Assembly: GCA_964608675.1 (NCBI GenBank)
Contig: CAZSOZ010000003.1
Location: forward strand, 53,041-117,040
DNA from: an uncultured archaeon
GTDB lineage: Archaea; Iainarchaeota; Iainarchaeia; Iainarchaeales; 1-14-0-10-31-34
DNA: 64,000 nt
Direction of reading: 5' to 3'
Position 1 is the stretch's first letter. Each line of letters begins with the position of its first letter. Positions 48,190 to 55,320 of the stretch are shown here, piece after piece. A program made the translations under genes and the position numbers. A model generated the notes under the pieces. The model had not been told where the DNA came from, did not search any database, and was given only the letters and a program-made list of their open reading frames with translations.

Positions 48190-48198
48190 TTGGTACAA
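48190..48198 (-). promoter_or_regulatory. TTGTACCAA motif, copy 5 (upstream of radical SAM/SPASM gene)
   Basis: Minus strand TTGTACCAAAAACAATAAATAAA; intergenic divergent promoter. Confidence 0.62.
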
Positions 48199-48260
48199 TT
48201 TTCTTTTTGAATGAATTGCTTTAAATTATTAATCAACTATTTTGTTTTAAGGTTTTTTAA

Positions 48261-49229
48261 ATGAAAAAAGCATTAATTACCGGCGGAGCAGGATTCATTG
48301 GCTTTCATTTAGCAGAATTTTTATCTGAAAATCATGAAGTAATCCTGCTTGACAATTTTGCAAGAAGCAAAAAAGACACTGATTTAAAGAAACTTTTAGA
48401 AAAAAATAATGTGTCTTTTATTGAAGCTGATTTAACAGAAAAAAACCAGCTTTCAAAATTGGATTCATATGATTTTGTTTTTCATTTAGCTGCAATAAAT
48501 GGCACAGAAAACTTTTATTCAATTCCAGACAAAGTAATCAAAGTAGGGGTTTTAGGAACAATAAATCTTTTGGACTGGTTTGTTGAACAAAAAAAAGGAA
48601 AATTTTTGTTTTCTTCCAGTTCAGAAACTTATGCCGGGACCATGAAATTACTTAAAGAAAATTTTCCTATTCCTACTCCTGAAGACATTCCTTTAACTAT
48701 AGACAACCCTAAAAATTCAAGATGGTCTTATGGAGGAAGCAAAATAATGAGCGAAATAACTTTGCATTCTTATGCAAAAGTTTATGGTTTTGATTATTCT
48801 ATTGTGAGGTATCATAACATTTATGGTCCAAGAATGGGAGTCCAGCATGTTGTTCCTGAATTTATTAAAAGAATTCTTGAAAAAGAAAATCCGTTTACTG
48901 TTTTTGGAGGACAGGAAACAAGAACTTTTTGTTTTATTGAAGATGCAGTTAAAGCAACTTTAATTGCATTAAACAAAGGAATAAAAGGAGAAACTTATCA
49001 TATTGGAAGAAGCGATGAAGAAATAAAAATCATTGATTTAGCAAAAAAATTATTTATCATTGCAGACGCAAGACCTGAAATTAAAATAAAACCTGCTCCT
49101 GAAGGAAGCGTTAAAAGAAGATGTCCTGACATAAGCAAAATTTCTGCTTTAGGCTATAAACCAGAAATAAAATTAGACCAAGGACTCAAAAAAACATTTG
49201 AATGGTATCAGGAGCATTTAAAAAAATAA
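48261..49229 (+). CDS. NAD-dependent sugar epimerase/dehydratase/reductase (extended SDR)
   Basis: TGGAGFIG, HLAAINGT, SSSETYAG, RWSYGGSK, RYHNIYGPRMG, GSVKRRCPD. Confidence 0.88.
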   Translation: MKKALITGGAGFIGFHLAEFLSENHEVILLDNFARSKKDTDLKKLLEKNNVSFIEADLTEKNQLSKLDSYDFVFHLAAINGTENFYSIPDKVIKVGVLGTINLLDWFVEQKKGKFLFSSSSETYAGTMKLLKENFPIPTPEDIPLTIDNPKNSRWSYGGSKIMSEITLHSYAKVYGFDYSIVRYHNIYGPRMGVQHVVPEFIKRILEKENPFTVFGGQETRTFCFIEDAVKATLIALNKGIKGETYHIGRSDEEIKIIDLAKKLFIIADARPEIKIKPAPEGSVKRRCPDISKISALGYKPEIKLDQGLKKTFEWYQEHLKK

Positions 49230-49244
49230 AATTAAGTGAATTAA

Positions 49245-50459
49245 ATGGAATGCCAGATTTGTTCAAATGAAAAACTTCATAAATTTCTTTTTTTAGGAGA
49301 ACATCCTCCAAGCGATCGTTTTCTTGATAAAAACCAGCTTGACAAACCTGAACCCAAATATCCTTTGGGGGTATTCTTCTGTGAAAACTGCAGTTTAGTT
49401 CAATTGGGTTTTGCGGTTCCTCCTGAAATACTCTTTACTGATTCTTTTGTTTACACTTCTGGTTCCAGCGGAGAACTAGTAAAAAATTTTTTTTCTTTAG
49501 TAGACAAATTAACTCAAAAATTTAATTTGAATTCAAATGATTTTGCAGTTGATATTGGTTCAAATGACGGAACTCTTCTTTCAAATTATCCTGAAAAAAT
49601 AAAAGTTTTAGGTGTTGATCCTTCTGAGGCATCAAAGCTTGCAGTTCAAAAAGGAATTCCAACCCAAAGAACTTTTTTTAATGAAAAAATCGCAGAAAAA
49701 ATTGTTTTAGAGCATGGAAAAGCAAAAATCATTACTGCAACAAACGTTTTTGCTCACGTAAAAGAACTTGATTCTTTTATGAAAGGAATAAAAACGCTTT
49801 TGGCTGATGACGGAGTTTTTGTTGAAGAATCACATTATCTTTTAGACATGATTCAAAAAATGGAATATGATTCTATTTACTTAGAGCATTTGCGTTATTA
49901 TTCTTTAAAACCTTTAATTAAATTATTTGAATTGTACGGCATGCAGGTTTTTGATGCAGAAAGAATTTCTACTCACGGCGGAAGCTTAAGAGTGTATGCA
50001 TGCAAAAAAAATGCTTATAATATTTCAGATAATATTTCAAAAATTTTGAATGAAGAAAAAAAAGCAGGCTTACATGAAAAAAAAACATTTGATGAATTTG
50101 CAGAAAAAGTTTCTGAAACAAAATTCAAGTTAAGGGAAATTCTTTTAAAAATAAAAAAAGAAAACAAAAGTATTGCAGGAATAGGAGCTCCTGCTAAAGG
50201 AAACACTTTGTTGAATTACTGCAAAATAGACAGCAGTATTTTAGATTATTTGGCTGAAAGAGGAAGCTTGAAAGTCGGAAAATTTTCTCCAGGCATGCAT
50301 TTAAAGGTTGTGGACGAAAAACAGGTTTTTGAAGACCAGCCTGATTATGCTTTGCTTTTAGCGTGGAACCTGAAAAACATTATTATTCCAAAACTCAAAG
50401 AAAAAGGCTTTAAAGGAAAATTTATTATTCCTAATCCTGAACCGCATATCTTGGATTAA
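49245..50459 (+). CDS. NDP-hexose C-methyltransferase family, copy 3
   Basis: CQIC...CENC, DIGSNDGTLL, TNVFAH, YDSIYLEH, HGGSLR, GAPAKGNTLL, LLAWN. Confidence 0.9.
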   Translation: MECQICSNEKLHKFLFLGEHPPSDRFLDKNQLDKPEPKYPLGVFFCENCSLVQLGFAVPPEILFTDSFVYTSGSSGELVKNFFSLVDKLTQKFNLNSNDFAVDIGSNDGTLLSNYPEKIKVLGVDPSEASKLAVQKGIPTQRTFFNEKIAEKIVLEHGKAKIITATNVFAHVKELDSFMKGIKTLLADDGVFVEESHYLLDMIQKMEYDSIYLEHLRYYSLKPLIKLFELYGMQVFDAERISTHGGSLRVYACKKNAYNISDNISKILNEEKKAGLHEKKTFDEFAEKVSETKFKLREILLKIKKENKSIAGIGAPAKGNTLLNYCKIDSSILDYLAERGSLKVGKFSPGMHLKVVDEKQVFEDQPDYALLLAWNLKNIIIPKLKEKGFKGKFIIPNPEPHILD

Positions 50460-50500
50460 ACTAATTTTAAAATTTAAATTAAAATAAATATTAAATGAAA

Positions 50501-50620
50501 TGATTAGCAGCGTCTTGGATGCTCCAAGCAAAAGCCCAGTGCAAACCAAATCGCTGGAAGGCTTAACTTCTGGGTTCGGAATGAGTCCAGGTGTTTCCCT
50601 TCCGCTATGACCGCTAATCA
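50501..50620 (-). rRNA. rrf: 5S ribosomal RNA (stand-alone)
   Basis: Minus strand TGATTAGCGGTCATAGCGGAAGGGAAACACCTGGACTCATTCCGAACCCAGAAGTTAAGCC...CTGCTAATCA: 120 nt, pairing ends (helix I), conserved CCGAAC and GAAGTTAAG; GC-rich island; TATA-like box at about -30. Confidence 0.93.
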
Positions 50621-50664
50621 ATAATAATTAAGAAAAGAAAACTTAAAAAACCTTTCAACAGCAT

Positions 50665-51438
50665 TTATTTCTTTTTTTTCTTCTTTTTTTTGCCTGTTTT
50701 TGTTGTTTTCTTTTTGGCTTTCTTTTGTTTTGTTTTAGTTTTTTTTGCAGGCTTTTTTTTAACTGCCTTTTTTGTTTTAGTTTTCTTTTTTTCTGTTTTT
50801 TTTGCAGACGCTTTCTTTTTTTGAATTTTTGGTTTTGGTTCTGTTACTGGTTTAGGCTGTTCTAACCCTATTTCTTCTGCAAACGCAGGAATTTTTACGC
50901 CTTTGTTTACTTTTGAAATAAGTTTTGCTGCTTTCTCTAAACCTTTTTTTAAGAGTTCTTCTTTTTTTGCTCCTGCACAAATTACTTTTCCGTTTTTAAA
51001 CAAAAGCAGAGTTATTTTTGGTTCATCTAATCTTAAAATTGCTCCTGGAAATTGTTCTGGTTCATATTCAACGTTATCCATATTTAAAGCTGTATGAAAT
51101 AAATCTAAATTTTGTTTTAAGTTTGCAGTTGCAACTAAATTAACTACAGTGTAATCAACTTTTTTTAGTACTTTTACTTTTGGCTGGATTTCATGAATTA
51201 ATCTTGAAGCTTTAATTATTCCTAATTGAATTTCTTTTTCGCTTGATGCCCCGGAACAAATTACTTTTCCATTTTTGAATAAAAGCATTGAAACTTTTGG
51301 TTCCTTTAATTTAAGTATTGCTCCTGGAAATTGTTCAGGTTCATATTCAATATTTTGTACGCTTACCGCCAAATTATATAAATCTAAAGTAGCATTCAAT
51401 GTTGCAGATGCAACTAAATTAACAATTTGATACTCCAT
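50665..51438 (-). CDS. tbp: TATA-box-binding protein with Lys-rich C-terminal extension
   Basis: Two repeats NLVA...EYEPEQFPGAIL.L.EPK...LLFKNGKVIC.GA; about 75-aa extension, mostly basic. Confidence 0.95.
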   Translation of the reverse strand: MEYQIVNLVASATLNATLDLYNLAVSVQNIEYEPEQFPGAILKLKEPKVSMLLFKNGKVICSGASSEKEIQLGIIKASRLIHEIQPKVKVLKKVDYTVVNLVATANLKQNLDLFHTALNMDNVEYEPEQFPGAILRLDEPKITLLLFKNGKVICAGAKKEELLKKGLEKAAKLISKVNKGVKIPAFAEEIGLEQPKPVTEPKPKIQKKKASAKKTEKKKTKTKKAVKKKPAKKTKTKQKKAKKKTTKTGKKKKKKKK

Positions 51439-51686
51439 ATTTATTCCTCTCCCCTTAAATTTGTTATGTTTATTTCATTTAAAAAGCTTATATAAAAACC
51501 TAACTAAACCTTTAAAAAGATATTTAAAAAGAAAAAAAACAGAAAAAGAAAAGATAAAGAAAAAGAAAAGATTTTTTTTTAAAGCCATTTTTGTTTTTTT
51601 TTGTTTAAAATTTTCTTTTTAAATCTTTTCTTTCATTAATTATAATTGGTTTACTTAGATTTAAGTAGATATTTAAGGTGATTTTG

Positions 51687-51992
51687 ATGGCTAACAAAAA
51701 AGCAATAGGAAAAAGAGCTAAACAACGAGATACTTTAAAAAGAAGGGAAAGAACTACTGTAAACAAAATGCTTTCTGATTTAAAGGAAGGCCAGACAGTT
51801 CAGATTAACATTAATTCCAGAATTCATGAAGGAATTCCTTTCAGGAGATTTCAGGGGAAAACAGGCAGAATTTCCGGAAAAAGAGGAAGAAGTTATTTAG
51901 TTGATTTAAGAGATGGAAACAAAGCAAAACAAGTTGTAGTTCATCCGGCTCACTTAAAAGAATTAAAAATGATTGCAGGTGAATCAAAATGA
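51687..51992 (+). CDS. rpl21e: 50S ribosomal protein L21e
   Basis: HEGIPFRRFQGKTG, DGNKAK...HPAHLK; GGTGA RBS; conserved archaeal operon. Confidence 0.93.
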   Translation: MANKKAIGKRAKQRDTLKRRERTTVNKMLSDLKEGQTVQININSRIHEGIPFRRFQGKTGRISGKRGRSYLVDLRDGNKAKQVVVHPAHLKELKMIAGESK

Positions 51993-52351
51993 TGGAAGAA
52001 AAAGTTTTATCCAGCAAACCAATTCCTTTAATTAAAGTAAAAGAAATGCTGAAGGAATTATCAAAAGAGGGAGAATTAACTTATGAGCAAAGTCTTACTT
52101 TAAAGTATGCTGACAAGTTTTCAAAGATTCCGAGAACTAAAACAGAAAAATTAATTGAAGAATTAATGAAATTTGATGAAATGACTGAAGAGCTTGCAAT
52201 AAAAACAGCTGACATTCTTCCTCAAAATGAAGAAGTAGTTTCTTTGATTATTGCAAAAAAAGCAAAAATTTCGGATGAAGACACAAAGAACATCGTGAAG
52301 TTGGTTAAAAAATATTATACAAAAGATGAAAAATCATCTAAAAAAAAATAA
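51989..52351 (+). CDS. rpoF: RNA polymerase subunit Rpo4 (RpoF)
   Basis: ELTYEQ...LKYADKFSK, AIKTADILP; follows rpl21e. Confidence 0.88.
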   Translation: MMEEKVLSSKPIPLIKVKEMLKELSKEGELTYEQSLTLKYADKFSKIPRTKTEKLIEELMKFDEMTEELAIKTADILPQNEEVVSLIIAKKAKISDEDTKNIVKLVKKYYTKDEKSSKKK

Positions 52352-52382
52352 TTAAAAAAGTAGATTGGAATGGGTGCTGAAT

Positions 52383-52949
52383 ATGCCGAACGAAGAATAT
52401 GCAATTGTTTTAGATTATCTTCCTACAGGCAAAAGCAGCAGCTTTAAATCTGAACCTATTGCTCAAGTAATCGGAACACAGCATTTTACTCTTTTGGAAG
52501 TAATTCCTTTTGTTTCACTTAAAGTTTTAGAAAAAGTTTATATTGGAAAAGACAAAAGAGAAAAGATTCAATTCATTAAAAGAAGGGTTTCTTTTGGAGA
52601 ATTAACCAATACTTCTGTGTCTGAAATAAACAAAGCAGTGGAAGAAATTGTAAGAGAAAACCCTGAAAAATTTCTTGATTTTTTTAATAAATCAGGTTCT
52701 CTTTCATTAAGAATGCATCAGCTTGAATTGCTTCCTGGTTTAGGAAAAAAACATTTGTTTGAAGTTTTAAAACAAAGAGAAATAAAGCCTTTTGAGTCCT
52801 TTGAAGAAATTCCAAAAAGAGTTAGTTTAATGCCTAATCCAACTAAATTAATTGTAAAGAGAATCCTGCTTGAATTAGAAGAACCTAAATTAAAGCATTA
52901 TTTGTTTGCAAGACCTCCTGCAGTAAGAGAAGAAAGAAGTTTTCGTTGA
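52383..52949 (+). CDS. DUF655 family protein (putative RNA-binding)
   Basis: EEYAIVLDYL, AQVIG...FTLLE, RMHQLELLPGLGKK, PFESFE; conserved position after rpoF. Confidence 0.9.
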   Translation: MPNEEYAIVLDYLPTGKSSSFKSEPIAQVIGTQHFTLLEVIPFVSLKVLEKVYIGKDKREKIQFIKRRVSFGELTNTSVSEINKAVEEIVRENPEKFLDFFNKSGSLSLRMHQLELLPGLGKKHLFEVLKQREIKPFESFEEIPKRVSLMPNPTKLIVKRILLELEEPKLKHYLFARPPAVREERSFR

Positions 52950-52954
52950 TTTAA

Positions 52955-53749
52955 ATGAATTTGTTCGATGAACTAAACAATCTTTCTTCAAAATATCGTT
53001 TTTATCCAAAAAAAGGTTCTAAAACACATTTTATAATTGATTCAGAGTTAATTCAAAGAATTATTTCTTTTGCAGAATTAAAGAAATCAGACAAAGTACT
53101 GGAAGTCAATGCAGGAGAATTTTTTATTGCAAGAAAAATTTCAAAAAAAAGTTCTCTCATTGCATTTGAAAACAGAAAAGAATTAATTTTTTTGCTGGAA
53201 AAAGAATTGAGTTTAAAAGTTAATTCTTTGTTTCTTTCTGCAAAAAAAATTAATTCAAATAAATGCATTTCTTTTCTTTCATCTGATAATTCAACTGAAA
53301 TTTTTGTAAAACTCTTATTTTTTGATTTAAATTTAATGGTGTTAATTCTGCAAAAAGATTTTTCTGCCAGAATTTTTTCTGAACCCGGTTTTGCTGATTT
53401 TAATGCTTTAACTGTTTTAACTAAAACTTTTTTTGAAATTGAATTAAAAGAAAAAATTAATCCGGATTCTTTTTTTCCAAGAACTTCAAGTGATTTTTTT
53501 GCAGTTAAATTTAAAAAAAAGAAAACAAAAATAAAAAACAAAAAAGATTTTTTTGAATTCGTTAAAGCTTTATTCAGATTCAAAAACAGGTCTTTTAATT
53601 CTGCTTTAATTAAAGCAGTTCCTTTAATGAATTTAGACAATAAAACAAAAAATAAAATTATTTTTAAGGCAAAAGAAACAGATTTCAAAGAAAAAATTTA
53701 TTTAATGAATCCAAAAAATTTCGTTGAATTATTTAATTTTCTTTTTTAA
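52955..53749 (+). CDS. RsmA/KsgA-like rRNA adenine dimethylase homolog, degenerate motifs
   Basis: Syntenic with archaeal ksgA; retains D.VLE, LQKDFSARI, SFFP; GQNFL, EIGPG.G and NLPY motifs replaced. Confidence 0.7.
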   Translation: MNLFDELNNLSSKYRFYPKKGSKTHFIIDSELIQRIISFAELKKSDKVLEVNAGEFFIARKISKKSSLIAFENRKELIFLLEKELSLKVNSLFLSAKKINSNKCISFLSSDNSTEIFVKLLFFDLNLMVLILQKDFSARIFSEPGFADFNALTVLTKTFFEIELKEKINPDSFFPRTSSDFFAVKFKKKKTKIKNKKDFFEFVKALFRFKNRSFNSALIKAVPLMNLDNKTKNKIIFKAKETDFKEKIYLMNPKNFVELFNFLF

Positions 53750-55267
53750 TCATCGGATTTTTTCAATTATTACTTCGCCTAATTTAACAGGATTATTTTT
53801 TTCTGCAGTTTGTTTTGCTATTTCAAGTTTTCTTTGGTTTTCTCCATGAATTTCAAATAAAACCTGTCCTCTTTCAATTAAATCGTCTTCTTCAACTTTT
53901 AAGAGGACTCCGGCTTTTTTGTCTATTGGAGCTCCTGCTTCTCTTGCAATTTCTTTTAATACAGTCAAATCAAGTCTTTCAATTTTTCCTGTTTTTTTGG
54001 ATAAAACTTCAATTTTGTTTGAACTTAATTTTATTTGTTTTGAAGAAAAAATTTTGCCTCCCTGTCCTTTAATTATTTCTTTCATTTTTTTTAATGCTTT
54101 TCCTGTTTTAAGTATTTCAACTGCTTTTTTGTATCCTTTTCCTTTTTTTGTTTTTCCTGTTAATTCAAATAATGCGCCTGCGAGCTGGCAGGATTTTTGT
54201 GCCAAATTATCAAATGTTTTTCCTTCAAGTATTTCCATTACATGTTTTGCTTCCAATGCTGCTCCAAAAACAGGACCATTGGGTTTTGTTCCGTCAGTTA
54301 AAAGCACTTCAGTTTTTATTCCCATTTTTTTTGATACTTCAAGAAATTTTTTTGCCATTGTTTCTGCGTTTTCTTTTGTTTTAACTTTGGTGTGCATTCC
54401 TACAGGAATATCTATTACTAAATATTTTGCTCCTACACTTGCTTTTTTTGCCATCACAGAAGCAATAACTTGTCCAGGGGGATCTAAATTTAATGGATGT
54501 TCTATTTCTATTATTTTGTCGTCTCCGGGAGCTAAATCAAGGCTTCCCCCCCAGGAAATTACCCCTCCTGTTTTTTTTGTTATTTCTTTTATTTTTTTAA
54601 TGCTTAAATTAACGTTTGCCAATACTTCCATTGCATCTGCAGTTCCTGCAGCAGAAGTAATGCTTTTAGAAGAAGTTTTTGGAATAAACAAACCGTTTGC
54701 TGCTACAATCGGCACAACAATCATTGTTGCTCTTCCGTTTATTCCTCCAATTGAATGCTTGTCTGCAACAAATTTTTTTCCTAATTCGAGTTTTTGCCCT
54801 TGTTCGATTAATGCTTTAGTCATTGCAATTGTTTCCTCTGAATTAAATCCTCTGATGTATACTGCTGAAACAAATGCGCTTGCTTCAATCTGGCTTAAAT
54901 GATTGCTTGTAATGTCTTTTATAATTTCTTTTATTTCTTTTTCATTCAATGAGTTGCCGTCCATTTTCTTTTTTATGTATTTAACGCTTTTTGGAGTAGA
55001 AACAGGGGTTACAGTTATTTCTTTTTCTTTTCTTACCCCTAAATTTCTTCTTACGTCTTCAAATAATCCTATTTCATTTCTTTTAATCATTGAATCGCTT
55101 GTATCAACTACAGTAATAATTTTTTTTTTGTTTTCAGGATTAATTAATTCAACTCTATCCAAAGCAAACAAGCCGAGTTCTTTTGCTTCTTTTTCATGCA
55201 TGATGCAAATAAGTTTTCCTGCTTCAATGTCAATGAATTTGGCTTTCATTTTTCTTGAATACTTCAT
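53750..55267 (-). CDS. AMP phosphorylase (thymidine phosphorylase family, archaeal long form)
   Basis: N-terminal extension, DKHSIGG, KTSSKSITSAAGTADAME, VMAKK, AREAGAP.DK.AG. Confidence 0.9.
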   Translation of the reverse strand: MKYSRKMKAKFIDIEAGKLICIMHEKEAKELGLFALDRVELINPENKKKIITVVDTSDSMIKRNEIGLFEDVRRNLGVRKEKEITVTPVSTPKSVKYIKKKMDGNSLNEKEIKEIIKDITSNHLSQIEASAFVSAVYIRGFNSEETIAMTKALIEQGQKLELGKKFVADKHSIGGINGRATMIVVPIVAANGLFIPKTSSKSITSAAGTADAMEVLANVNLSIKKIKEITKKTGGVISWGGSLDLAPGDDKIIEIEHPLNLDPPGQVIASVMAKKASVGAKYLVIDIPVGMHTKVKTKENAETMAKKFLEVSKKMGIKTEVLLTDGTKPNGPVFGAALEAKHVMEILEGKTFDNLAQKSCQLAGALFELTGKTKKGKGYKKAVEILKTGKALKKMKEIIKGQGGKIFSSKQIKLSSNKIEVLSKKTGKIERLDLTVLKEIAREAGAPIDKKAGVLLKVEEDDLIERGQVLFEIHGENQRKLEIAKQTAEKNNPVKLGEVIIEKIR

Positions 55268-55320
55268 TTAAATCAACCAATCTATCTAAAAAAGGAATTA
55301 ATAGTTTAAAAAAGCAACGT

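Noticed and set aside
50358-50621. 87-aa ORF on the minus strand
   Set aside because: It is a translation of the 5S rRNA gene plus the antisense of the methyltransferase end.
51520-51640. A-rich then T-rich tract between tbp and rpl21e as a possible ncRNA or hairpin
   Set aside because: Pairing relies on low-complexity A/T runs; best explained as a divergent promoter region.
53053-53688. 211-aa minus-strand ORF opposite the ksgA-like gene
   Set aside because: The plus strand fits the conserved rpl21e-rpoF-DUF655-ksgA order and keeps KsgA remnants; this is an antisense shadow.
53919-54902. 327-aa plus-strand ORF
   Set aside because: Antisense shadow of AMP phosphorylase, with no motifs of its own.
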